Made by a program: the position numbers and the translations under genes. A stretch of DNA of 64,000 nucleotides from Candidatus Kapaibacterium sp. (lineage in GTDB: Bacteria > Bacteroidota > Ignavibacteria > Kapaibacteriales > UBA2268). Under the pieces are notes generated by a model. The model made no database searches, had not been told where the DNA came from, and saw only the letters and a program-made list of their open reading frames with translations. The DNA lies in contig OY761611.1 in assembly GCA_963664875.1 (NCBI GenBank), positions 1,952,001 to 2,016,000 on the forward strand, read 5' to 3'. Positions 40,980 through 50,417 of this stretch are shown piece by piece (position 1 is the stretch's first letter; each line of letters starts with the position of its first letter).

Positions 40980-41579
40980 TTAAAACAGCTCAGGGAACAT
41001 TAACTCTTCTACCATTTCGCACCAAATATGACCAATCATGATGTGAGACTCCTGCACTCGAGCTGTTACATTGCTCGGTACAACAACAGCCGTGTCACAC
41101 AAAGGTAACAAAAAGCCTCCGTCTTTGCCTAAAAGCCCAATAATCTTCATGTTTTTCTTTTTTGCTTGTTCGCAGGCTCTTCTGACATTTTCTGAATTAC
41201 CGGATGTAGAAATTGCGATAAGTACATCTCCATCATTGCCGTATGCTTCCACACCGCGAGCAAAAACGTTGTCAAATCCAATATCATTGCCACCGGCAGT
41301 CATGATAGATGGATCAACAGTAAGAGCAATTGCCGGTATGGCAGCCCTGTTTATTTCGCTTCGAAGGCGAACTACAAGCTCTGCAGCAAGATGCTGGCTA
41401 TCAGCAGCACTACCACCGTTACCGCAAAAAAGAACTTTTTTGCCTGCGTTAAGTCTTTCAGCGAGCAAATCGCCACATACTTTTATATCATTTGCTTTTT
41501 CATTCAACACTTTTTGCTTAACAGCAATGCTTTCAGAAATTACATTATTTATTTTTTGAATAGTATCCATTTTCATCAA
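40980..41579 (-). CDS. gmhA: D-sedoheptulose 7-phosphate isomerase
   Basis: CGNGGSAADSQHLAAE, ISTSGNS, ARVQESH. Confidence 0.93.
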   Translation of the reverse strand: MMKMDTIQKINNVISESIAVKQKVLNEKANDIKVCGDLLAERLNAGKKVLFCGNGGSAADSQHLAAELVVRLRSEINRAAIPAIALTVDPSIMTAGGNDIGFDNVFARGVEAYGNDGDVLIAISTSGNSENVRRACEQAKKKNMKIIGLLGKDGGFLLPLCDTAVVVPSNVTARVQESHIMIGHIWCEMVEELMFPELF

Positions 41580-41600
41580 ACTCCAAAAATCAGATTTTTA

Positions 41601-42194
41601 TCAAATTTGACATTCTCTTTTTATAACCTGTTGCAACTCTGCTCTTCCTAAACCTGTTTTCGCAGAATATGGTAGCACTTCAATAGCAAAGGCACACTGC
41701 GAAATTAGAGTGTCGAGCTGCTCTTTGCGTTCCTCAATTTCTGTTTTCGATATTTTGTCGCATTTAGTCAATATTATGATATAACGCTTGCCGTTATTCT
41801 CTAACCATTCTATCAACTCAAGGTCAGTAGCCTGCGGATCGTGCCTGCTATCAATCAATACGCAAATCAGCTTAAGATGTTCTCTTTTCTCTAAGTAGTC
41901 ATAGTTCAGAAAATGCCAGTGTGAGCGTTGCTTTTTGGAACGCTGAGCATAACCGAAACCGGGCAAATCGGCAAAGCACCATTGCTTATCTACAAGAAAA
42001 AAGTTGATTGCAGCAGTTTTGCCGGGCGTCTGACTTGTGCGTGCAAGATTTTTTCTGTGAACTATGCTATTTATCAGAGACGATTTCCCTACATTAGATC
42101 TACCTGAAAAAGCTACTTCAGGATAAATACTCTCAGGATAGTCTCCAATTTTTTGAGTACCAAAAACAAATTGAGCTTCGTTTATTTTAATCAT
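41601..42194 (-). CDS. engB: Ribosome biogenesis GTPase YihA/EngB
   Basis: GRSNVGKSS, TPGKT, DLPGFG, TKCDK. Confidence 0.95.
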   Translation of the reverse strand: MIKINEAQFVFGTQKIGDYPESIYPEVAFSGRSNVGKSSLINSIVHRKNLARTSQTPGKTAAINFFLVDKQWCFADLPGFGYAQRSKKQRSHWHFLNYDYLEKREHLKLICVLIDSRHDPQATDLELIEWLENNGKRYIIILTKCDKISKTEIEERKEQLDTLISQCAFAIEVLPYSAKTGLGRAELQQVIKRECQI

Positions 42195-42421
42195 GTTATA
42201 TTTTATTTCTATTAATTTGACAATTCAAATCTACGAAAAAAATCGCTTTGAGATATTTCTTTTACATCCAATGAAGTTGCTTCTTCTCAGTATTATCGTC
42301 ATTCTAATCAGCCATTGTTTCATCTCTGCCATACAAACAAAAAAGGAAGGCAACTATTACCTCCCTCTCTAATTCTTTATTAGCACCTGAATAAAATCAC
42401 CAGATTCACTCAATAGATATT

Positions 42422-43495
42422 CTACTTTTGAGCTACTATACTTCTGTTTATAGCCTCAAAAACATCATCTACTTCTAAATGATCCATACAGAAGTATTCT
42501 TTGTTTGAGCATTTTGGGCTGAAATAGCAGGTACATTCTTTTCGTGGCTGCACTATTTCACCTCTGCCGTACAATTCAAATTCATAAGGGTTGAAAATAT
42601 TATTCATTAGCACAAGTGGCTTTTTTAAGCCTATTGCAATGTGCATACCCATAGTTACAGCAGAAACTACTACATCAGTAGTATCGACCAACGAGATGAA
42701 TTGTGGAAGAGAATAATAACCAAGATATGTAGCTCCTGTTTTTTGCTGAAGCAATATATTATTTTCATCTTCTTGTTTTCCGCCAAGCAATAAAGCCTGA
42801 TAACCTGCCTGATGAATTTTAGCAATTAAAGCTTCCCATTTCTCATTTGCCCATAATCTCGAAACCCACCTTGCTCCACAGCCGGTATTGAGACCAATAA
42901 CTGGCTTGTTAGAGGTTTTGTAATCCCATGTGATGTCTTTATCGCAATCGAGCAAATAATCCTCTCCTGCGAACTGCCAGCCGCATATTTCAAATATTTC
43001 TTCAGGGTATGATTTACGATTGGCTTTGTTTACATCGTCAAACAGCCCGGTAACGAACTTATGTTCTGCAAGTTCATTAGCTGGAGCTGGCACACCGTCT
43101 TTGAGTATAAAGCCGAATTTTTTATCAGCTCGGACGATATTTGCAAGCGCACATGCCTGTATGTCTTTGTCAAGATTTATCATAACATCAAAACTAACTT
43201 CCTGCATTATTGCAAGGGTTTCGGCATTATAGTTAAACACTTTGTCCACTAAAGAAGGAACAATATCAGGTGAATACGTAATCCACCAAATCTGTGCAGT
43301 TGGATATTCCTTTTTTATTCGCGGCAATAGAGTAGTTGTCCTAATGACATCACCGATTGCACCGAGTTTAATAATCAATATCTTTTTATCAGTCTTATCG
43401 TAATATTTACAATCCGAGCAATGTACCCCTTCTTTTTTATGGAATTTGCAAGGTATATGCCCAAGAAAATGTCTGCAATCACTTTTGTAAATCAC
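42422..43495 (-). CDS. GT9 family glycosyltransferase (heptosyltransferase-like)
   Basis: ILIIKLGAIGDV, TMGMHIA; near gmhA. Confidence 0.88.
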   Translation of the reverse strand: MIYKSDCRHFLGHIPCKFHKKEGVHCSDCKYYDKTDKKILIIKLGAIGDVIRTTTLLPRIKKEYPTAQIWWITYSPDIVPSLVDKVFNYNAETLAIMQEVSFDVMINLDKDIQACALANIVRADKKFGFILKDGVPAPANELAEHKFVTGLFDDVNKANRKSYPEEIFEICGWQFAGEDYLLDCDKDITWDYKTSNKPVIGLNTGCGARWVSRLWANEKWEALIAKIHQAGYQALLLGGKQEDENNILLQQKTGATYLGYYSLPQFISLVDTTDVVVSAVTMGMHIAIGLKKPLVLMNNIFNPYEFELYGRGEIVQPRKECTCYFSPKCSNKEYFCMDHLEVDDVFEAINRSIVAQK

Positions 43496-43507
43496 TACTG
43501 TTCCTAA

Positions 43508-44290
43508 TTATAAATGGTACTGTATAACAAGTGAGAAATCAAGGAAAGTAACGTAAGATTCCTGTACCTCAATTTTATTAGTATATGTAAAGAGTTCTCC
43601 TCTTTCATCGTCTCGTCCAAAAAGGTTGAGCACTCCGAGTCCTAATCCGACATTGATATAAACTCGTTGATGCAAATGACCTTCAACTCCTAACCTTATC
43701 ATGCCTCCTATTCTTGTGGCATTTGCTTTTGAAAGTCTCGCAACTTCTATATCAGGTTCGTTCGGCGATAGGTTATCAAACTTTTCGACGTACAAAGAAT
43801 TAGTAATAAAAGAGTACATAAACTCAGGGCCGATATAAACTTTTGCTTCTGAAGAATCTAAATCCCAGAAGGCAAACTGGAATCCTGCGTTTATTTTTAT
43901 TAAATCAATATTATGATTGTATCTTGTTAGTATTCCTTGAGATGCCGCCGGACGGGTCTGTGCAGCATTCAAAAAATTGTGCGACACACCGATAGGTATT
44001 TTATAATCTTCTTCTTTATCCAAATAAGCAGTAAATTGGATATGATAGCCGGGATGACCGCCCCCCATTTGACCACCAATTACTAAATCTCCTTCTTCTG
44101 AAGCGATAGGCATCAAAGAAGCAGTATTCAGATTATTGTCGCCTGCTACAATCGAAAAGACATTGAGCCCTGCACCAATTTTGTAATGGTCAAACAGACC
44201 GCTTCCGGAATTAGTGTTTATTTCTTTCTGTGCTAATAAGCTAAGTGTAGGTATCAGCAATATAAGTAAAATGTATTTCAGTTGTCTCAT
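43508..44290 (-). CDS. Hypothetical outer-membrane beta-barrel protein
   Basis: Signal peptide, alternating beta strands, terminal QYHL. Confidence 0.65.
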   Translation of the reverse strand: MRQLKYILLILLIPTLSLLAQKEINTNSGSGLFDHYKIGAGLNVFSIVAGDNNLNTASLMPIASEEGDLVIGGQMGGGHPGYHIQFTAYLDKEEDYKIPIGVSHNFLNAAQTRPAASQGILTRYNHNIDLIKINAGFQFAFWDLDSSEAKVYIGPEFMYSFITNSLYVEKFDNLSPNEPDIEVARLSKANATRIGGMIRLGVEGHLHQRVYINVGLGLGVLNLFGRDDERGELFTYTNKIEVQESYVTFLDFSLVIQYHL

Positions 44291-45306
44291 AATAGACGCT
44301 CTTTTATGTTATAATTCTGTGGTTTAAACGAATTCTTTATTATCAATTCCCCTAATAGTCCCATAGAGATAAACTGCACACCAACTATTATAAACGCTAT
44401 ACCCATTAGAAAAAGAGGGCGTTCGCTTAAGTATGTCATACCGAGTGCCCACTCAACCGCAAGATAGGAATCTATGCTCAAACCTAAAATTACAAACATA
44501 GTCCCTAAAAGACCAAAGAAATGGAGAGGTCTTTTCATATATCTGGTAGTAAACATTACCGTGAGTAAGTCAAGAAAACCATACAAAAATCGTGATAAGC
44601 CAAATTTAGAAACACCGTAAGGTCTCGCATGGTGCGTTACAGGTATTTCAGTTACCTTAAATCCATCCCAGTGAGCAAGTGCCGGCAGGTATCTATGCAT
44701 TTCGCCATAAACCTGCAAACGTTTAGCAACTTCTCGTCTGTATAGTTTGAACCCGCAGTTGAAATCGTGTAAACGAATACCGCTTGTTTTTGAAGTAACA
44801 TAATTGAAAAATTTAGATGGCAGTGTCTTTGAAACAGGATCATGTCTAACTTTTTTCCAGCCCGATACCAAATCCCAGCCTTGATTGATAGTATCCACCA
44901 TTCTTTTCAGCTCTTTTGGATCATCTTGAAGATCTGCATCCATTGTACCAATAAGCTTGCCGGATGCAGCCTGAAAACCAACAGATAAAGCCGCAGACTT
45001 ACCGTAATTCCTTCTAAAGCGAATACATTTAAAGTTATTATTTCTCGAATGTATCTTTTTAATTACTTCGTAAGAACTATCCGTAGAACCATCATCTATA
45101 AAAATCACTTCCCATTTATCGTCAGCGATGTCAGTTAGTTCGCCTTCTAAAGAAATAGCTAATTCCTGCAGTGATTCTTCTTCATTGAGTAAAGGAATCA
45201 CCATAGAAATATAAATATTCTTAGACCTGCCTTTATTGACATTACCTGATTTAGGATTGTGTTGTTTTCTTATGTTATATCGTATATTTTCTTTATGTTG
45301 CTCCAC
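44287..45306 (-). CDS. GT2 family glycosyltransferase (DPM1/ArnC-like)
   Basis: VIPLLNEEE, IDDGSTD, RNYGKSAAL, MDADLQDDP, DFNCGFK, MHRYLP. Confidence 0.92.
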   Translation of the reverse strand: MEQHKENIRYNIRKQHNPKSGNVNKGRSKNIYISMVIPLLNEEESLQELAISLEGELTDIADDKWEVIFIDDGSTDSSYEVIKKIHSRNNNFKCIRFRRNYGKSAALSVGFQAASGKLIGTMDADLQDDPKELKRMVDTINQGWDLVSGWKKVRHDPVSKTLPSKFFNYVTSKTSGIRLHDFNCGFKLYRREVAKRLQVYGEMHRYLPALAHWDGFKVTEIPVTHHARPYGVSKFGLSRFLYGFLDLLTVMFTTRYMKRPLHFFGLLGTMFVILGLSIDSYLAVEWALGMTYLSERPLFLMGIAFIIVGVQFISMGLLGELIIKNSFKPQNYNIKERLL

Positions 45307-45323
45307 TAAGCAGCTCCGAGATA

Positions 45324-46088
45324 CTATAATTTTATGAATTTTTTAGAAATCATCTTAGCGTTATTATCTATCAAAACAATATTATAAAATCCATTTTCCA
45401 AAGCAGAGATATCTATCATTTCTCCGTTGTACACCTGATTTAATACTTCGTTTCCTTTAGAATCGAATATTTTGTAATAACTTATATCAGAGGCAATTAT
45501 TTTAAGATAGTCCTGAGCAGGATTAGGATATAAAGCGATCGCATCATTTTGTACATCATCTATTACAGAAACAGGGTTCTTGAATACAAGTGTAATTTTA
45601 ATTCTTTTCCATGCACTGTTATTTAAGGTACATTGATCCTGAGCAAGCATATCATAATAAAATAGATTACCTGTAAGGTTATCTTTGATATACGCAGAAT
45701 CTAATCTTGCATTAGCAGGGATATTCCATTTGAGTGTAAGATCCTGAGCTCCAAATTGTGCATACATATTGTATTCTCTAACAAAAGCTTCGTTAGTATC
45801 TTCCTGTTTATAATCAATATAAGTATTCGTAGAGGCACCTTCAATATTTTTATCTGGCACTATAAAAAAGCACGCCAACTGCCCCCCTCTTCCAAGACCG
45901 GGATGTTCATATTCATTTAACGGAGGCTCTTCATCAATATAATCTGTAGCAGCAGGATCTACTCCAATAATCAGATTATTTTGTGTTTCACCGTTGCTGT
46001 TAGATGCTTCTATATTGATAGTATATTGTGCAAAAGAAATAGTCTGGGAAAAAACTACTAAAAATAATAATGTAAAAAGCTTATTCAT
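45324..46088 (-). CDS. T9SS type A sorting domain protein
   Basis: Signal peptide; IIGVDPAATDYID domain; CTD LYPNPAQD...LENGFY...KKFIKL. Confidence 0.85.
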   Translation of the reverse strand: MNKLFTLLFLVVFSQTISFAQYTINIEASNSNGETQNNLIIGVDPAATDYIDEEPPLNEYEHPGLGRGGQLACFFIVPDKNIEGASTNTYIDYKQEDTNEAFVREYNMYAQFGAQDLTLKWNIPANARLDSAYIKDNLTGNLFYYDMLAQDQCTLNNSAWKRIKITLVFKNPVSVIDDVQNDAIALYPNPAQDYLKIIASDISYYKIFDSKGNEVLNQVYNGEMIDISALENGFYNIVLIDNNAKMISKKFIKL

Positions 46089-46143
46089 GTTTATAGACCG
46101 ATTTATTGAAATAATGTTACTTACAAAAATAGATAAATTGTAT

Positions 46144-46176
46144 AAAAAAAGGCAACATTTCTGAAAAATGTTGCCT
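46144..46176 (-). terminator. Intrinsic terminator of the large T9SS operon
   Basis: aggcaacattt...aaatgttgcct with T7 tract on minus strand, just after the 46195 stop. Confidence 0.8.
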
Positions 46177-46194
46177 CTTTTTATTTGTTAGATC

Positions 46195-49100
46195 TTACTT
46201 AACAACAACAACTTTCAATACAGAATTGAAACCGTTTGCAGTAAGTTTGCAGATATAGCTACCTGAAGTCAATGCAGAAGCATTGAATTCGATAGTGTTA
46301 ATACCTGCATTAGCAGTCTGATTGTTTACTAAAGTCATTACTTCATTACCTAATTCATCGAATAATGCGATAGTTACATTTTCTTGAGCAGGCATGTTGT
46401 AAGAAATAGTAGCCATAGAAGTTACAGGGTTAGGACCTACTGTAAATTCAAATGTATTAACATCAGCTTCTACTTTAATAACTTTTACAGCGTCAGCAGC
46501 TGTTTCAGTAATTTCGATGTTTCCGTTTTCGCCTTTATTGATAAAGCCTAAAACGTCGTTAGTAGCAGCGTCAACAAATTGATAATCTGCATCAGCATAA
46601 GACATAGAAATTGAAACAGGATAAGTTACACCTTGCAAATTGATAACGCTTTCGTTTTTGTTAGATACATAAGTACCTTCTTCGAAACGTACGTCAAACA
46701 ATTCAACCATAGGCATAGGAGGCATTTGGAAAGTAGCAGTGCTAACATTGTTAGAAGCTAAGTACAATGAAGTATTGTGCTGAGCATTATCAACGATGTT
46801 TAACTGAGTGCTAGATGCCAAAACTGCTTCGTTATTGTTATAAGTAGCTTTACCAGTATAATTACCACCTTTAAGGTTCAAGAAACCGTTTTTGTCAGTT
46901 TTGATCCAGTAACCTCTGCCAGGTTCCATCATGTTTACAGCTACGTAACCATTTTCTAATGTGTATTTGTAAACATTGTGTTTCAAAGTAAATTCAGAAG
47001 TTGGTACTTCGCCATTGAATTCATCAAATTTGATATTAGAGATAGAAGTGTTCATTGTAGGACAGCCGATAGCGTTCCATCCACCTTTATCATCAGTATC
47101 GCCAGGATAAACTCTTACTTCGTAACCTTTGTCTCTAGAAATTTCATTAACAAACGCACCCGCAAATTTTGTATCTACAAGGTTGTTGTATTTTACAAAG
47201 TAACCATAACCAGGTTTAACGATGTCAGCTGGTTCCCACATATTGTAAGCCCAGTGCATTGGTTTAGTTACAGCATTTGGATATACGTTTTTGTATTCGT
47301 TGTTGATTGGGCTAACAGGTACAGATACCAAGTTCCAACCTTTAACGATAACAGGAGTACCATCAGCATTTACATAGTCAATAACTGAAGGAAGAGTATA
47401 TTCAATTAAGAACTCATTGATTTCAGGATCATTGATGTAGTATGTGCCTTTAGCAACTCTCATGTTAGTAGCTTCTTGTGGTACACCGTGCAATACTGAA
47501 CGGATGAATAACTGAGCACCAACCGGGAAGTCAGCAGCGTCCCAAGAAACAACTACAGGGTAGTTTTGTACGCCGTCAGCGTTAAATTTAACATTGTAGA
47601 TAATAGAGTTTACAGTGTCTTTAGAAGATCTGATATCTCTTGAAGCATACAAAGGAGCTTCCAAGTTTGGATTGATACATTCGAAACCGTAAGGGATCAA
47701 TGTTTCTAAAACAGGATCAACAGGGTAGAAACGAGCACCAAAACCAGACAATGGGTAATTGAAAGCTCTTTCGCCGAATAACAAGTCAACATTGTCAGTA
47801 GCTCTTGGAGCAGTACCGAATACTAATGAAGTCATGTCACCTGCAGAACCTCTTGAGTTACGTACATTTAATCTGATACCTGTGCCATTAGCAGCCAAAG
47901 TTGGTTCGTAAGGGCTACGGAAATAGATGAAAGTAACTTTAACTCTTACTGGAGAGATTTCAGCATTTTCTGATCTGATAGTTACATAACCGGTATAGAT
48001 ACCTTCTGATTCTTCAGCAGCACCTTTTACTTTGTTTTGATCGCAAACGATGTTGAAATATACTTTTTTATCAACAGGACCACTGATGTTCATAGGATCA
48101 GCCTGACCCATGATACCATTATCGATAAAGATACCATCTCTGAAAGTTTTAGAATCACCTTTTTTAGCTGATTCAACTTCTAACCATTCTTGGTCTGTTT
48201 CGATTCTGATATCTCTTAAACGAGTACCTGTAACTATATTTTGTAATTCTAAAACTAATTCACCTTTTGCATCTGATTCATCAGAAGCAGTAATTGGTTT
48301 AGTGATTACATAGAAAGCACCATTTTGTTCACCTTTGATTGGATCATCTTTTTCGTTGAAACCAATTTTAGGCAATTTATCCATAACACGGATATAAATA
48401 CTACCTTCTACTGTAGGCTCTGTCAACCAAAGCGGAGTCAAGCTGTTATTGATACCAGCCAAACCTGTTTTTTCAGTTGGATCCGGATAGTAGTTGATAA
48501 TTTGAGGATCTACAGCTCTGAATTCTTTGAAAGGAGCTTCTTTTCTAATGTTTAAACCATTGTAATTGATTTCCTGTCTGCCAATGTAGATAGGAGCAAT
48601 TTTTGTCAGCGGGTTAGTAGCATTAGGAATAACTCTAAAACGGATAAACATCAAAGGACGGAACTCAGGAGTTCTTGGGTCTTCGTTTACCGGTAATGAG
48701 TCAAAAGTATGTCCAACGATAGTAATTTTGTGACCATGTTTTTTGTTTTCAATACTTGCATTTGGCATGATGTCTTCCAAATAAGATTTATCAGGAACAT
48801 CATTAAAGTCAATTGAAAAACCATCTGCAGTACCGATTACTGGTTTACCTTCTTCAGTAGCATAATCAGCCAATTCAGGGATTGATGCAACTGTTTCGTA
48901 ACCTACGGCTCTAACCATAGTAGAGTCATAAAAGATATGGAATTTAAAATCTTTTATTGGTTCAGGATTTACCAAGTGGTGTCTATCTGCGAAAGGATGC
49001 CACTGATTGCTGATAAATATAGGCATCAAGAATTCTCTTGGCCCATTATCAGAAGGAGCAACCCAGATACGTCCATCAGGATATAATTCTGTATTATACG

Positions 49101-49248
49101 ACCCATCCGCACCGGTCAAAGAAAGAACCGGAATGGAAGGATTGTCAGCTTGAGCTTTTTCAAATGTTGCAAATGAAAAGCCCATGACTAGCATCAAGCC
49201 AAGAATCAACTTACTAGTCAACCCCTTTGCTTTAAAAGCTATTGTCAT
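46195..49248 (-). CDS. Large T9SS-secreted protein: cohesin-like, BACON-like, GWN-repeat and CTD modules
   Basis: Signal peptide; MPIFI...FKFHIFYDSTMV...PLMFIRFRV; TDQEWLEV...GIYTGYVTI; KGWNLVSVPV, GGWNAIG; CTD GPNPV...SGSY; ATG 49248 follows GGAGG. Confidence 0.85.
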   Translation of the reverse strand: MTIAFKAKGLTSKLILGLMLVMGFSFATFEKAQADNPSIPVLSLTGADGSYNTELYPDGRIWVAPSDNGPREFLMPIFISNQWHPFADRHHLVNPEPIKDFKFHIFYDSTMVRAVGYETVASIPELADYATEEGKPVIGTADGFSIDFNDVPDKSYLEDIMPNASIENKKHGHKITIVGHTFDSLPVNEDPRTPEFRPLMFIRFRVIPNATNPLTKIAPIYIGRQEINYNGLNIRKEAPFKEFRAVDPQIINYYPDPTEKTGLAGINNSLTPLWLTEPTVEGSIYIRVMDKLPKIGFNEKDDPIKGEQNGAFYVITKPITASDESDAKGELVLELQNIVTGTRLRDIRIETDQEWLEVESAKKGDSKTFRDGIFIDNGIMGQADPMNISGPVDKKVYFNIVCDQNKVKGAAEESEGIYTGYVTIRSENAEISPVRVKVTFIYFRSPYEPTLAANGTGIRLNVRNSRGSAGDMTSLVFGTAPRATDNVDLLFGERAFNYPLSGFGARFYPVDPVLETLIPYGFECINPNLEAPLYASRDIRSSKDTVNSIIYNVKFNADGVQNYPVVVSWDAADFPVGAQLFIRSVLHGVPQEATNMRVAKGTYYINDPEINEFLIEYTLPSVIDYVNADGTPVIVKGWNLVSVPVSPINNEYKNVYPNAVTKPMHWAYNMWEPADIVKPGYGYFVKYNNLVDTKFAGAFVNEISRDKGYEVRVYPGDTDDKGGWNAIGCPTMNTSISNIKFDEFNGEVPTSEFTLKHNVYKYTLENGYVAVNMMEPGRGYWIKTDKNGFLNLKGGNYTGKATYNNNEAVLASSTQLNIVDNAQHNTSLYLASNNVSTATFQMPPMPMVELFDVRFEEGTYVSNKNESVINLQGVTYPVSISMSYADADYQFVDAATNDVLGFINKGENGNIEITETAADAVKVIKVEADVNTFEFTVGPNPVTSMATISYNMPAQENVTIALFDELGNEVMTLVNNQTANAGINTIEFNASALTSGSYICKLTANGFNSVLKVVVVK

Positions 49249-49264
49249 TCTAACCTCCATTGAG

Positions 49265-50416
49265 TTATTTAATATTTAAATATCTTACTTTTGCAATTTT
49301 ATTTTGGGCTTTTATGACGACTAAATACAATCCAGCACTTTTATCGTCAAAGCTTATTATCTGTCTATCTTGATATTTTGTACAGTTTCCATTCAAATCA
49401 TATATCTCTATAATGTTATCTTGGTCTTTTACGATTATGCTGTTGTCGGCAATTTCGTAAACTGACTGTACATCTACATCTGTGACACTTGTAGTTCTGT
49501 TTGCAAAGACACACGTATCTTTTTCAAGAGTTTTGGCACAGTTACAGTCGTTTAAGTCTGCAATCTCTACCTCAATAGACTCATCATAGTTTTCGTTTAT
49601 CACTCTGTCTATTTCAAAATCTAAAAAGTACTCTTGAGTGTTTTCTTTTATATTTAGAACAATATCGTAACTGCTATCTGACTCTATTACATTTGCTATT
49701 TCGATGTCGCTGTTTTTTGCAGCAAAGTTTGAAAATAAGAATTTATCTGATTTTTGAAGTTTCAAAAGAAAATTGCTTACTTTTGCCTCTTCCGGAATAT
49801 CTAAAATCATAGTAGAATTTAGTTTTCCTGTTTCATCAAATTCTTTTTCTTCAGCATCAAAGCTAACTTTTGCATATCTGTTTTCACCTGATTTAACTTC
49901 TGATTCAATATAGAATGTTTTATTGGCAAAAGCAGGTATTTTACATTCGGATGTAAATGATAATTCTTCTACAACAAGGCTCGCAGAATCCGGACAATCT
50001 CCGATATAAGTAAACTGCAAAGCTATTAACGGCAAGTCTCCATAACTAGGAACATTTATATGTCCACTTAAGATGCCTGCATTTAACAATATATGATTAT
50101 CATCTATCACTTTTATACTAACTTTATCAAACCTCTCAGAAAGAGTATTTAAAGTGGCATAAGTATTACCAAAGTATAGTTTGGTATTATCATATTCCAT
50201 GTATAAAGTAATACCGAACAGTGAGTCAGATGGCTCTATAGTGCCTAAATCTAAATGTATAAGAACGTCTCTTTTGCTGTTTTGAAATACTATTCCGCAA
50301 GCATCAGCTTTTGACTTAGGAATTATTTCTAAGTTATAATCTTTTGCATTGCTCGGGATACTGCTCCAAAAGAGCAGTATTCCGATGCAAAATATATAAT
50401 AGCTGAGTTTACGCAT
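49265..50416 (-). CDS. Secreted cohesin-like domain protein with degenerate T9SS CTD
   Basis: Signal peptide; LFGITLYMEYDNTKL...GDLPLIALQF cohesin-like pattern; IYDLNG...GLYLV. Confidence 0.75.
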   Translation of the reverse strand: MRKLSYYIFCIGILLFWSSIPSNAKDYNLEIIPKSKADACGIVFQNSKRDVLIHLDLGTIEPSDSLFGITLYMEYDNTKLYFGNTYATLNTLSERFDKVSIKVIDDNHILLNAGILSGHINVPSYGDLPLIALQFTYIGDCPDSASLVVEELSFTSECKIPAFANKTFYIESEVKSGENRYAKVSFDAEEKEFDETGKLNSTMILDIPEEAKVSNFLLKLQKSDKFLFSNFAAKNSDIEIANVIESDSSYDIVLNIKENTQEYFLDFEIDRVINENYDESIEVEIADLNDCNCAKTLEKDTCVFANRTTSVTDVDVQSVYEIADNSIIVKDQDNIIEIYDLNGNCTKYQDRQIISFDDKSAGLYLVVIKAQNKIAKVRYLNIK

Positions 50417-50417
50417 A

